A stretch of 64,000 nt of DNA from Gammaproteobacteria bacterium (GTDB lineage Bacteria; Pseudomonadota; Gammaproteobacteria; JAKBBU01): NCBI GenBank assembly GCA_021773195.1, contig JAJFKN010000032.1, forward strand, positions 18,644 through 82,643. The letters are read 5' to 3'. Positions 50,090 to 60,546 of this stretch are shown piece by piece. The notes below the pieces were generated by a model. That model made no database searches. It saw nothing but the letters and a program-made list of their open reading frames with translations, and had not been told where the DNA came from. How positions within the stretch are numbered: position 1 is the stretch's first letter; each line of letters begins with the position of its first letter. The position numbers were made by a program, and so were the translations under genes.

Positions 50090-53000
50090 ATGAAGTTAAA
50101 TATGCGTTCTATAGTTCTTTCCGCTGTAGCCATCGTGAGTATGTGTTTTTCTCTTTCCCTTTATGCGGCTGATGAACCTGTCTTGACGATACAAGAGCCT
50201 CAACCTTTAGGCCAGCCCATGACAGTAGGCAGTACCCAGAAAATGACATATGTTTTGCAAAATACCACCGCTGTACCGGCGGTCATCAAAGGGATGGGCT
50301 TAGGTAATCCCAGTACAGGTTTAATTGCATTAGAACCTAATTACACCACGACCTGTGAAGGTACGGTGCCGGCTAATGGTACTTGTTCTATAACTGTAAC
50401 CCTAGATGCTCAGCAAGAAGGGACTGTCAGTAATCAAATTCAATTCAACTATGGCGATACAGGCAGTTATATCGTTGGTATCGTGACAGATGTATTCAAT
50501 TTTCCTATCACAGCGGCTACAGAACCTGTTCTGACCATACAAGAACCTCAATCGACTGGTGAGCCCATGACGGTGGGTAATTCACAGTCATTGACATACG
50601 TTTTGCAAAACAGCACATCCTCGCCAGCTGTTATTAAAGGGATGGGTTTAGGTAACCCAAGTACGGATTTGATTACATTGGATCCTAATTTTACCACGGA
50701 TTGTGATGGCACCGTGCCCGCTAATGGCACTTGCTCTATCACGGTGAATGTCGATGCTCTAAAAGTAGGGACTGTCAGTAATCAAATTCAATTCAACTAC
50801 GGCGATACGGGCAGTTATATCGTTGGCATCGTGACGGATGTATTCAGTTTCCCTATCAGTGAATTTGCACAAGGTTCTTTAACATTCTTTGGTATAGCCC
50901 CTGTGTGGGGAAACATTGCCGTGGCAGGTGAAGAAACCCAAACTTATTCCGTGACGAATACGTCAAGCACTACAGACATCACTTTGGTACCTGAGGACAT
51001 GGCTTTATACCCAGAGCAACCTAAGTTGGAATCCCATGTGAGTTTTGCTGTGGTGCCTCACGCTGGTGGCCCCGACGATGCCTGTAGTCAAAATATTGTG
51101 GAGCCTGGTGCCATTTGTGACGTGCAGGTGACAGTGAAGGCCGCTGCTATCCCTGGAGCCATCAACCAGACCCTTTGGATCCCTTACGAAGAAGCTTCGC
51201 AAACGGCTATATTGAAGTCCACTACGCCTATTCAATTTAATGTTAGCTATGCAACACCGCTGGAGTTTATTCAGCAAGCCAGCTGGTCTGATATGGCTAT
51301 CAATAGTAGTCAAACTCAGCATTACACTATTCGTAATGATAACCCTATTGGTGGTGACCCCCTGCAAGTGAGTGCTGTGGGAGCTCTACCTAAATCTAAT
51401 TTGGAAACTGGAGTAACTTATAAATTAGAAAGTTCCGGCGAGAATAGTGGCACTTGTACCGGAGGCGCTATTGAGCCAGGCACGAGTTGTGATTTAGTGG
51501 TAACAATTAATTCTGCTGAAGAAAGTGGAACAGTACAAGCCCAATCCATTGTGGTTAATTTCCAAAATGGGAAATACAAGTCCGTAGCAAAGTCTGAGCC
51601 CTTTGGTTTTAATGTGCAGGGAGCCACTTTACAATTTAGCCAAGAACCCACCTGGGATAACATGGATAAGGGTAAATCACAAAGCCAAACCTACCGTATT
51701 AGTAATGCATCTAAGTCAGACATTACTTTGGGCCAGGCAAAACTATTTCCCATTGACGATAGGTTAGAATCTAACGTGGTGACGAGTAATGATTGCGAGG
51801 GTGTTGTTAAAGCAGGCAGTGATTGTAATATGACTGTTACGGTGACTGTATCTAATGAATCGGGTCAAGTGCATAATCAAAGTTTAATTGTGCCCTATGT
51901 CGGTACGAGTCAGAAAGCCCTGCTAAAATCCAAAGCCATCAATTTCAGCGTTGGGTTCCCAACACAAAATGTATTGCAGTTTGAAGGCTCACAACCAAAA
52001 TGGCTTAATATGACCATTGATGGTCATGAGTCGCAAACCTATAGCGTCAAAAATACTTCCGATACGGACACTATCACGTTGAATCACTCCTATTTCTTTC
52101 CTAAGCAACAAGTCGTGCCGCTACAGGTTAGTTTTAGTAATGATTGCGACAATCAAATAGCGCCCGGCGCAACTTGTCATATCACATCTAAGATTATCTC
52201 TAACAAAGTTACTGGGCTGGTTAACTTTAATAGTTTATTGATTGCCTACCATACGGCTTTTGGTGGCTCAGGCATATTGAAGTCTGATCCCATCACTTTT
52301 ATCGTAACAGCTAGTGAGAATAGAGATTTAATTTTCTTGAGTAAAGCGGGTCCTACACATATTAACTTAAATGGCAAAGGGACATTGGATTTTTCTTTAG
52401 GTAATAGCACCGCATCTCCCATAACGATTAATAATATGGCTTTAACGCCTGTTTCCAGTTTAGAGACGGGTGCTACAGTAACCAATGACTGCAGTAATAC
52501 AGTACCAGCTCAAGGTTCTTGCCACATTACAGCCACTATTGATGCCGGGTCACAAACAGGAGCGGTGAAAGGCCAAAGCCTTAAAGTTGACTACACTTCT
52601 AATAGTAAAGCTTTGTCTCTGAGTACCCCTGTGGTTATCTATGTCAGTCAACCAGCATTGCTGACCTTTTCACTACAACCATTTGTTAGTAATCTTCAAG
52701 TAGGGAAAAGTGAAACCCTAACTTACAATATTTTATACCCCACGGAAAATTATCAAGGCGATGTCACGATTAAGTCTGTTGATTTAATGCCAGTTTCTCC
52801 TTTAGTCAGCAGCCAAATTAGCAAGTGTGGTAACTTAGGCAAGGGCGGTTCCTGTGAATTGACCGTGGCATTGAATGCTAATGAAACGCCAGGTGTGGTG
52901 AAGCAAGTGTTAGAAGTGAATTACCAGCTCTTGGATGGGCAAGCCAACCTGCCAACTCTATATTCGCGGCCTTTATCTTACAGTATTACGCAATACCCCA

Positions 53001-55798
53001 CGGCTTATTTGCGTTTCAAACATAAACCGAAAGTTTGGAGTATGACGCCTAATAGTAGTCGGAAATTACTTTATGTTGTGCAGAATCCATTGAATAAAGC
53101 ACTTTCATTCAATACCAATGTGAATGACATTAGTGCAGACCCCACGCCGCCTGAAAGCAGCATAAGAAATAATTGTGATGGTATTGTGCCAGCCCATGGT
53201 GATTGCCGCTTATGGGTGACTCAAAATTCAGGAGCCGGTACAGGTGCCGTTGAACAGCAATTGGAAGTTACTTATCAAGAGCAAGGCAATAGGCCTTTAA
53301 TCAGCGATATGAATTACGATGTGGTGACGCCGGTTCTGACCTTTACGGCAGAACCTATGGCAGACCAGACTACCTATTTGTCTCAACTCTTACAATTGCA
53401 CTACACCTTGAAAAATGTTTCTAATAAAGAAGTCTATAATGTTAAATACTCTGTAAGTCAGGGGCTGGGCACTGTATTTAATCGAGTCTTTGCCCAAAGT
53501 GATAATTGCCCCCGTGATTTAAAAGCCGGTGTAAGTTGTCAAGTTACCGCTTTTATTTATACGGATAACCCATCGGTCAAGGGTTCTTCTACGCCCATTA
53601 GTCTATTAGCCACCTATAATGCGCAGCAGAGAATAGCATCCAGTGAAGTAAATGTTTCTGTATCAACTAGTGATTTGCCTGTAAGTTTATATGAATCCGT
53701 GGTGATACCAGGGTTGGCTCTCAATCAAAGTGATACTCAAGAATTTGATGTGCAGAATGTAAATGCGCCGGGTAACAATTCTGCCATGGATTTACGGCCT
53801 GAAATTCTACCTAAATCCAAGCAGGCGGCTACAGTGCGTTTGGCTCCTGGTGTGGGCGCACTTTACAAAAAATGTGTAGCTTTAGGTAATGCCTTGCCCA
53901 GCGGCGCGATGCCGCCAGTAAGCGCACCCGGTGGCAAGAATACCCCAAGTAATCTGTGCTCCTATGAGGCTCGATTTATTGCTGGCCCCAACCCAGGCCA
54001 TGTAAAACAATTCTTCGTGACAAATTACACTATGGCAGGAGAAAGTCATAATTTCGCCATACCATTAGAATACAATGTTGGACCAGTGCTTAGCTTTACT
54101 TCCCAGCCTACACCACAAGATATGGCTGAGAATAAAACCACACAGACTTTGGTGTATAGCGTTTTCAATGAATTATCTGGTGATAGCAATAAGATTACTT
54201 TAGGTACGCCAACTGTTACCTATGGTGGTTCTAAATCCTTAGTCAAATCCATAGTGAAAGATGGGTGTGAAGGGTTTGTGCTTGCTAAGAGTGTTTGCCC
54301 TGTAACGGTCATTCTGAATTCTCAGTCAGCGACGGGTGCTATATCAGATTTTCAGCTGATAGTGCCTTATACTCAAAGAAATGGCCAAAAAGGCACTCTA
54401 GTGTCTAAAAAGCAAAGCTTTTCTGTGGTGTCAGCCAATGCATCCAATGCGCCACGATTACGTGCCTTTAAATTTGTAAATAATTGCAAATCTTCCGTTT
54501 GGTTTACTGTCGCAGGTGGTGGCGTTAACAATATTACAACCAATCCTGCTGTAAGTAATTCACGTTGCAGTTCTAATGCTAATTGCCCTAAAGGCGCTAG
54601 TTGTATTGTCAATTCCAATAAATTTATTGGCCAGTGTTTTTGGAATGCGCCGGGACCCAGCGATGGCAATTATGAATTACAAGCGGGCTCGGATAAAACC
54701 ATTTATTTCCCGCAATACGATAACAGCCATACAGCCATTAAAAATATTATGTGGAGCGGTATTGTAACAGGCCGAACTCATTGTGAAGATGGCCACTGTG
54801 AAGCCGCTTCCTGTGGTGGTGATGGTGGTGCTTGTATACCGGGTCAAGGGGTAACAATGCCGGCCAATACCTTAGAATTTACCTTGGCCCCTACCAACAG
54901 TGGTTTGCCTGATTATTATGATTTAACGATTATTAATGGTATTCATTTACCTATGAGTATGATGCCTGATAATGTCACAGCACCCTATGCTACGAATCCT
55001 TACTATTGTGGTATTCCAGGTAATCCCGACGATGTAAGTAATACGCAAGGCAAAGCGGCAACTTTGGGTGGTTGCCAATGGAATAACTTCCAACCCAACC
55101 AACCTTTCTTGTTAGCAGTAGCCTGGCCCCAGTCAGGCAGCCCGGCTATTTGTTCTCAGCCAGGTACAAAGAGTGGTAGTTTGACCTGTGGGTTAGCTGC
55201 AGATCCGGACGGTGGCTATAAAGAAATTTATGGTGATTTTGTTGGTTACTGGACGGCGGATCAATTATGTGGCGATCCTAATTTGCCAGGCGTTCCTAGC
55301 CAATTGAATTGTAAACAATCAGGCATCGTGCCGGGTTCGCCAAGTACCTCTGTGGCTAATTTGTATAAATGCGATGGGCCGGCTTCAGCATCTTGTTATC
55401 AAAATGGCGCTCAGGCCGATTGTTGTGGTTGCCAAAACTGGCAGAAGGTCACCTATGGTGAGAGCCCCATTGCGGTGCCTGGTGCCGATAGTGTGGAGCA
55501 ATGTGTGAATCAGAATTCAGGTTGGCTACAGTATATTCAGCCTAATTTACAATGGATGAAAGGGGCCTGTCCCAACGCTTACACTTATCCTTATGATGAT
55601 CCCACCAGTACCTTTACTTGTCCTAATTGCACCGATGGTAGTGGTAATTGTAATTTGAAGAATAACCCTGACATAGGCAAAGTGACTTATACGGTGACTT
55701 TTTGCCCAAAAGGCGAATCTATTGAAGCACCATCCTTATCTGATGCTTGGGTATCAAAGCTATGGCAAGGGGAGTTGAGGGGGGGAAGCCATCCTTGA
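50090..55798 (+). CDS. Large secreted protein with ~12 disulfide-containing Ig-like modules and a C-terminal thaumatin domain
   Basis: Signal peptide; recurring Y...N and C...V.AG..C.ITV; thaumatin motifs FVNNC..VW, GRT.C, DYYD...NG..LP, CP.AY.YPYDD.TSTFTC and Y.VTFCP. Confidence 0.88.
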   Translation: MKLNMRSIVLSAVAIVSMCFSLSLYAADEPVLTIQEPQPLGQPMTVGSTQKMTYVLQNTTAVPAVIKGMGLGNPSTGLIALEPNYTTTCEGTVPANGTCSITVTLDAQQEGTVSNQIQFNYGDTGSYIVGIVTDVFNFPITAATEPVLTIQEPQSTGEPMTVGNSQSLTYVLQNSTSSPAVIKGMGLGNPSTDLITLDPNFTTDCDGTVPANGTCSITVNVDALKVGTVSNQIQFNYGDTGSYIVGIVTDVFSFPISEFAQGSLTFFGIAPVWGNIAVAGEETQTYSVTNTSSTTDITLVPEDMALYPEQPKLESHVSFAVVPHAGGPDDACSQNIVEPGAICDVQVTVKAAAIPGAINQTLWIPYEEASQTAILKSTTPIQFNVSYATPLEFIQQASWSDMAINSSQTQHYTIRNDNPIGGDPLQVSAVGALPKSNLETGVTYKLESSGENSGTCTGGAIEPGTSCDLVVTINSAEESGTVQAQSIVVNFQNGKYKSVAKSEPFGFNVQGATLQFSQEPTWDNMDKGKSQSQTYRISNASKSDITLGQAKLFPIDDRLESNVVTSNDCEGVVKAGSDCNMTVTVTVSNESGQVHNQSLIVPYVGTSQKALLKSKAINFSVGFPTQNVLQFEGSQPKWLNMTIDGHESQTYSVKNTSDTDTITLNHSYFFPKQQVVPLQVSFSNDCDNQIAPGATCHITSKIISNKVTGLVNFNSLLIAYHTAFGGSGILKSDPITFIVTASENRDLIFLSKAGPTHINLNGKGTLDFSLGNSTASPITINNMALTPVSSLETGATVTNDCSNTVPAQGSCHITATIDAGSQTGAVKGQSLKVDYTSNSKALSLSTPVVIYVSQPALLTFSLQPFVSNLQVGKSETLTYNILYPTENYQGDVTIKSVDLMPVSPLVSSQISKCGNLGKGGSCELTVALNANETPGVVKQVLEVNYQLLDGQANLPTLYSRPLSYSITQYPTAYLRFKHKPKVWSMTPNSSRKLLYVVQNPLNKALSFNTNVNDISADPTPPESSIRNNCDGIVPAHGDCRLWVTQNSGAGTGAVEQQLEVTYQEQGNRPLISDMNYDVVTPVLTFTAEPMADQTTYLSQLLQLHYTLKNVSNKEVYNVKYSVSQGLGTVFNRVFAQSDNCPRDLKAGVSCQVTAFIYTDNPSVKGSSTPISLLATYNAQQRIASSEVNVSVSTSDLPVSLYESVVIPGLALNQSDTQEFDVQNVNAPGNNSAMDLRPEILPKSKQAATVRLAPGVGALYKKCVALGNALPSGAMPPVSAPGGKNTPSNLCSYEARFIAGPNPGHVKQFFVTNYTMAGESHNFAIPLEYNVGPVLSFTSQPTPQDMAENKTTQTLVYSVFNELSGDSNKITLGTPTVTYGGSKSLVKSIVKDGCEGFVLAKSVCPVTVILNSQSATGAISDFQLIVPYTQRNGQKGTLVSKKQSFSVVSANASNAPRLRAFKFVNNCKSSVWFTVAGGGVNNITTNPAVSNSRCSSNANCPKGASCIVNSNKFIGQCFWNAPGPSDGNYELQAGSDKTIYFPQYDNSHTAIKNIMWSGIVTGRTHCEDGHCEAASCGGDGGACIPGQGVTMPANTLEFTLAPTNSGLPDYYDLTIINGIHLPMSMMPDNVTAPYATNPYYCGIPGNPDDVSNTQGKAATLGGCQWNNFQPNQPFLLAVAWPQSGSPAICSQPGTKSGSLTCGLAADPDGGYKEIYGDFVGYWTADQLCGDPNLPGVPSQLNCKQSGIVPGSPSTSVANLYKCDGPASASCYQNGAQADCCGCQNWQKVTYGESPIAVPGADSVEQCVNQNSGWLQYIQPNLQWMKGACPNAYTYPYDDPTSTFTCPNCTDGSGNCNLKNNPDIGKVTYTVTFCPKGESIEAPSLSDAWVSKLWQGELRGGSHP
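50174..50858 (+). repeat. Intragenic tandem duplication, period 348 bp (116 aa)
   Basis: EPVLTIQEPQ..VSNQIQFNYGDTGSYIVGIVTDVF occurs twice, starting at 50174 and 50522. Confidence 0.95.
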
Positions 55799-55899
55799 TG
55801 ATGAGATATTTCTGATTTTTTACCACTTTTGTTAGCGTAGAAGATGTTTTTTTGCTACAGTTCTACGATTGACGTTTTTATAAACAAGGATTCATTCCC

Positions 55900-56094
55900 A
55901 TGTGCGCTAAATTATTCGCTTTATTGGCTCTAGTAATTTCCGTAGCGGTGGCTGCCGGTGCTATTTTCTTACCTCAAGAATTTCAGGTCTACATCGGTAT
56001 GACCATGAAGTTTGTGGAAGTGTTAATTCCTGTATTAGCCGTTTTCGCTCTTCTGAAATTTGTTTGTTGCTGCCCAGCTAAGAAGTGTGACTAA
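55900..56094 (+). CDS. Small two-TM protein with Cys-rich tail
   Basis: AAGGA SD, two hydrophobic helices, ends CCCPAKKCD; followed by a hairpin. Confidence 0.7.
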   Translation: MCAKLFALLALVISVAVAAGAIFLPQEFQVYIGMTMKFVEVLIPVLAVFALLKFVCCCPAKKCD

Positions 56095-56112
56095 CAATAG
56101 ATTTTTTTAACT

Positions 56113-56143
56113 CATAGTCCCCTAAAGGGGACTGTGGGTTTTT
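56113..56143. terminator. Intrinsic terminator-like hairpin between convergent genes
   Basis: CATAGTCCCC-TAAA-GGGGACTGTG followed by GGTTTTT. Confidence 0.65.
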
Positions 56144-57289
56144 CTATTTCTGGTCCAACTGCTTAATGAAGTTTGTAATATTCTTGCAACTTTCGCCTGT
56201 ATAATCTCCCCAAAATAGCTTTTTTATTCTCGTGTAGTCAGGAGTTGGTAAATCTTGTTTTATCAGTTCAAACAATTCTTGGAAATTATAAGCATAGGGT
56301 CCCTCGGTGCTTTCATAAAAATCGTAATATAAGGTGCGACAGGTTTTTGTAAAATAGTCATAGTCGTAGGGATAGAGAATAGCAGGCTTATTTAGTAGTA
56401 TATAATCATAATACACAGAAGAATAATCTGTAATTAGTACATCGATGAAAGGTAATATTAAATTGAGATCGCAGCCCTTTGGTATAAAAACTATATTGGA
56501 ATACTCCCCAGGTGAAGGGGTGTTATAAGTAGATCCTGGGTGAGTATCGCGCACAAGCACTTGATTTCTCCGTTTGAGGTATTGGTTAAGTGTATGATAG
56601 TCCATGGACTCATCTACAGCCTGTTTGTCTATTACATCCCGCCAAGTGAGGATATAAGAAAAAATTTTAGCGTATTTTTCTAATGAATTGACAAAGTCGA
56701 ATTCATTAGGCGCATGTTTTTTTAAGTATTGGAGTTGACTCTCTTTACTTTTGAAGAAGTGGTCATTTCTGGGGGTACCAAAAGGCATGCATTGTTCTTC
56801 AGACACAAGAAAGCTAGCGCATTGCTTTTTATTTACATGGGGTGTAGTAGACGTCATAAAATCAGGTGGCTGATAAGTCGAGCGTTTTTTTTGGAATTCC
56901 TCAGCACTGGGTCCGATAGTCGTAGAGAGCTCTGCAGATTTTATACCGATGCCATGACATAGATAGATGTGTTTGGCCCCATGATAATATTTTCGTGATA
57001 GGGCGCGTACACCGTGGGTGGTAAAGTAATACTTAGCACGAAGGGAATAATAAATACCTAGTAAAGATTTATTATGATAGCTAGGATAACCCATGGCACG
57101 GACTTCTTTTGCAAGTGACATATCTCGTGTTAGCCAGATAGCTTTGATGTTAGGTTCTTGTTCTAAGACATATTCAAAGAGGAAGCGGGTGCTGTGGCCA
57201 TATTTGATACTGCCAAAGGCCCAAATGTTAGATTTCCTACTAACAGTATTAAGTAAAAAGTTTCTAAACTTTTCTCTAACCCTTTTCAT
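56144..57289 (-). CDS. CDP-glycerol/ribitol phosphate polymerase family (TagB/TagF-like), paralog 2
   Basis: L.HG..IK, G.PRND, HP and DVLITDYSSVYYDY. Confidence 0.88.
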   Translation of the reverse strand: MKRVREKFRNFLLNTVSRKSNIWAFGSIKYGHSTRFLFEYVLEQEPNIKAIWLTRDMSLAKEVRAMGYPSYHNKSLLGIYYSLRAKYYFTTHGVRALSRKYYHGAKHIYLCHGIGIKSAELSTTIGPSAEEFQKKRSTYQPPDFMTSTTPHVNKKQCASFLVSEEQCMPFGTPRNDHFFKSKESQLQYLKKHAPNEFDFVNSLEKYAKIFSYILTWRDVIDKQAVDESMDYHTLNQYLKRRNQVLVRDTHPGSTYNTPSPGEYSNIVFIPKGCDLNLILPFIDVLITDYSSVYYDYILLNKPAILYPYDYDYFTKTCRTLYYDFYESTEGPYAYNFQELFELIKQDLPTPDYTRIKKLFWGDYTGESCKNITNFIKQLDQK

Positions 57290-57292
57290 TTT

Positions 57293-58426
57293 TCACTCCG
57301 CATCTAATTTTTTAATGAAATCTGTTATATCATGGCAGCTTTTTCCTCTGTAGTTTCCCCAAAATGTCTCTCTTATTTTTGAATAATCCGGTGCTATTAA
57401 GTCTTGTTGTATTAGCTTAAACAATGCTGAAAAAGTATAGGCATAGGGACCCACAGTACTTTCGTAATAGTCAAAATATAGTGCGCGACATTCTTGAGTG
57501 TAATGATGATAATCGTATGGATATAAGATAATGGGTTTATTTAATAAGATATAATCAAAATAAACGGAGGAATAGTCCGTAATTAAAACATCTGTGAAGG
57601 GAAGAATTAAATTAAGATCGCAGCCTTCAGGTATATATCGAATATGTGAAAATTTAGCATGTAAAGACTTTTCGTATTGAGAAGAAAGATGTGGCTTTAA
57701 TAGTAGAATCTGGTTATTTTTTTCAAGATATTGATTTGTCATTGCATAATCCATTGACTGATCAACGGCTTTCTCATTAATTGAGTCACGAAAAGTAGGC
57801 AGGTAAATAAATACCTTAGTATATTTTTCTAATAATCTTATAAGATCATATTCTTTTTTTGAGTTTTTCTTAAGGTATGAGCGTTGCGTTGATTTATCCT
57901 TAAAGAAATGATCATTCCTAGGTGTACCAAAAGGCATGCATTGCGTTTCAGAAATTAAAAAACTTTCACAATATTTTTTATTCATTTGTGCAGTGGTGGA
58001 AAGCATATAGTAACTCCCTTGATCATTATTCTTGGGCCTTCGTCCCATAGTGCCCTCTATGGTTTTGATGCCAATCCCATGCCATAAATTCACAGCTACG
58101 GCCCCGGAGGAATATTTTTTTGATAATTCATTAGCACAGATGTGAGTATAAAAATAGTACTTGGCTCTTATGGCATAGAATACCCCTAGAATAGAACGGT
58201 CATAATAACTGGGGAGACCTTGTGCTCGCAGTTGTTTGGCTAATTTTTTGTTTCGAGTTAACCAGAATGCAGTGATTTCTTTGTGGTTTTGTAAAATATA
58301 ATTAAGCAAAAATCGAGGATTACCTGAATATGAGCGGCCACCTAAAGCCCAGATAAACTTGCTTCTAGGTATGATATTCATAAGTGACAGTCGGACTCTA
58401 GTTTTAAGCTGCTTTATTAATTTCAT
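57293..58426 (-). CDS. CDP-glycerol/ribitol phosphate polymerase family (TagB/TagF-like), paralog 1
   Basis: LWHG..IK, G.PRND, YLPTFR, KPH and DVLITDYSSVYFDY. Confidence 0.9.
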   Translation of the reverse strand: MKLIKQLKTRVRLSLMNIIPRSKFIWALGGRSYSGNPRFLLNYILQNHKEITAFWLTRNKKLAKQLRAQGLPSYYDRSILGVFYAIRAKYYFYTHICANELSKKYSSGAVAVNLWHGIGIKTIEGTMGRRPKNNDQGSYYMLSTTAQMNKKYCESFLISETQCMPFGTPRNDHFFKDKSTQRSYLKKNSKKEYDLIRLLEKYTKVFIYLPTFRDSINEKAVDQSMDYAMTNQYLEKNNQILLLKPHLSSQYEKSLHAKFSHIRYIPEGCDLNLILPFTDVLITDYSSVYFDYILLNKPIILYPYDYHHYTQECRALYFDYYESTVGPYAYTFSALFKLIQQDLIAPDYSKIRETFWGNYRGKSCHDITDFIKKLDAE

Positions 58427-59105
58427 TATTTAAAAAACTCTCAATGATAGGCGCATCATGTTGGTACGTCAGCTTAATGTTATTTGGTTCGCCGGCTATT
58501 TGCAGAATATCTACTTTAGGGCAAAAGTATTTCAGGACACCACAGCATTCTGTAAAGTTTTGTTTGTCGCTGTTTTTTGCTAGCTCAAATGCTTCGCTGA
58601 TGACCGCATATTGGAATCCCTGAGGGGTTTGAATATGGTATAGCTCTTCGCGTTCAGGCACCTCGAGTACGTATCCATGGCAAGTATGGATGATACTTTC
58701 CGTTACTGGCACAGCTGGTGTGACCGCTTTGTGAGTTTTTAATGCTTGAATGACATCATTGATTAAGAGTGGGGAAACCAGGGGGCGATTAGCGTCATGG
58801 AATAGCAAGTTTGAATTAGAGTCGCAAGCTTGAATCGCATTATAGCAGGAGTCAAAACGACTAGAACCCCCGGCTACGGTATGTTTTATTTTTGAGTATT
58901 TATTCAAATCCATATGGAGATGAATGTTAGATAACATTTTTCGGGGCAAAACTAAGAGTATTTCATCGATGTCTTTAGCATTTTGAAACTTTTGGATAGA
59001 AAATTCCAACATGGTTTTCCCATGGAAACGATGTAACTGTTTACACAATTTACTTGAAAATCGTTTCCCATTACCTGCCGCGAGTATAATGGCTATGTTC
59101 TTCAT
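58404..59105 (-). CDS. IspD/TarI family cytidylyltransferase
   Basis: ILAAGNGKRF, HDANRP, QTPQGF and NIKLT. Confidence 0.9.
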   Translation of the reverse strand: MKNIAIILAAGNGKRFSSKLCKQLHRFHGKTMLEFSIQKFQNAKDIDEILLVLPRKMLSNIHLHMDLNKYSKIKHTVAGGSSRFDSCYNAIQACDSNSNLLFHDANRPLVSPLLINDVIQALKTHKAVTPAVPVTESIIHTCHGYVLEVPEREELYHIQTPQGFQYAVISEAFELAKNSDKQNFTECCGVLKYFCPKVDILQIAGEPNNIKLTYQHDAPIIESFLNNEINKAA

Positions 59106-59162
59106 AGTCTTAACCTCATTATTATTATAAATCAAGTACGGCCACTAATTTTTAGTGGCCAG

Positions 59163-60485
59163 TTACTTTCCGATAATCCGCATGCTCATTTCCAATGCTT
59201 GTTCGTAATTCAATCGAGGATCGCAGAGTGATGTGTAAGCTTGTTTTAGATCCACTTCCGATAGACCACGTGCGCCACCGACACATTCTGTGACATTATC
59301 ACCGGTTAACTCGAAGTGAACCCCGCCTAAATAGGAATCGCATTGACGATGTACTTCAAAGGCTTGTTCCAGTTCACTGAGGATGTATTCAAATTTACGG
59401 GTTTTCAAACCAGATTCTGTGCTAGTGGTATTGCCATGCATGGGGTCACAGGTCCAGAGTACAGAGCTACCCGTCGCTTTTACGGCTTCAATGAGTGGTG
59501 GCAGGCATTTAGAAATTTTGTCATGACCAAAACGGTGTATGAAGGTCAAGCGGCCTGGTTCATTATCTGGATTTAAGGTTTTTACTAAATCCGTGATCCA
59601 TTCTTTTGTAACAGCGGGGCCAATTTTCACAGCAATGGGATTGGCAATGCCGCGTAAATATTCAATGTGAGCGCCATCTACTTCAGCGGTGCGCATACCT
59701 ATCCAAGGAAAATGACAACCTAAGTTATACCATTTGTTCCCATCCCGTTGACGAGTCAGGGCTTGTTCATAAATTAAATGCAAATTTTCATGGCTAGTGA
59801 AAAATTCAACGCCATTCAAAAATGCCGCATCAGTACCTGGTACTGTACCTAGAAAATTCAATGCATCACTAATGGTGCCGGCAATGTTATGGTATTGTTT
59901 TGCCATATCTGAGTGTTTTGCAAAATCCAAATCCCAATTCTCAGGATGATGGAGATCAGCAAACCCACCGCTGGTGAGTGCGCGCAAATAATTTAGGGTC
60001 ATAGCTGAGCATTGATAGCCTTTCAGCATGAGTTTAGGGTTAGGTTGGCGGCCTTCAGGGGTGAATTCAATATGGTTGATTAAATCGCCGCGGTAGCTAG
60101 GCAGAGTAACGCCATCAAGGGTTTCGTTATCAGCGGAACGGGGTTTGGCATATTGACCGGCGATGCGGCCCACACGAATAACAGGTTTACGTAGACCGTG
60201 TAGCAAGACCAAGCTCATCTGCAAGAGGATTTTAATCTTATTGGTGATGACGCTGCCATTGCAATCGGCAAAGCTTTCGGCGCAATCGCCCCCTTGCAAT
60301 AGGAAGGCTTCCCCTGCCGCGGCTTTGGCCAAATGGCTCTTCAAACTGTCCACTTCATAGCGGGTCACCAGGCTAGGGTAGCCAGCTAGATTGCCCATAA
60401 CTTTATTGAGCAGGACCTGATCTTTATAGGTAACTTGTTGTTTTGAATTCTTTTTTTGCCAAGAATCTGGGGCCCAATTACTCAT
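59163..60485 (-). CDS. Class II DAHP synthase
   Basis: LLQGGDCAESF, RIAGQYAKPRS, WIGMRT, DPMHGNT and CDPRLN. Confidence 0.96.
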   Translation of the reverse strand: MSNWAPDSWQKKNSKQQVTYKDQVLLNKVMGNLAGYPSLVTRYEVDSLKSHLAKAAAGEAFLLQGGDCAESFADCNGSVITNKIKILLQMSLVLLHGLRKPVIRVGRIAGQYAKPRSADNETLDGVTLPSYRGDLINHIEFTPEGRQPNPKLMLKGYQCSAMTLNYLRALTSGGFADLHHPENWDLDFAKHSDMAKQYHNIAGTISDALNFLGTVPGTDAAFLNGVEFFTSHENLHLIYEQALTRQRDGNKWYNLGCHFPWIGMRTAEVDGAHIEYLRGIANPIAVKIGPAVTKEWITDLVKTLNPDNEPGRLTFIHRFGHDKISKCLPPLIEAVKATGSSVLWTCDPMHGNTTSTESGLKTRKFEYILSELEQAFEVHRQCDSYLGGVHFELTGDNVTECVGGARGLSEVDLKQAYTSLCDPRLNYEQALEMSMRIIGK

Positions 60486-60546
60486 TCTTCATTCTCTCAA
60501 GTGTATATCAAAGGCAGCATTATATCATAGACTCATAGGAGATGGT

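Noticed and set aside
58404-59105. Naming this gene ispD
   Set aside because: Context is polyol-phosphate transferases, with no ispF beside it and ispE missing from its usual locus
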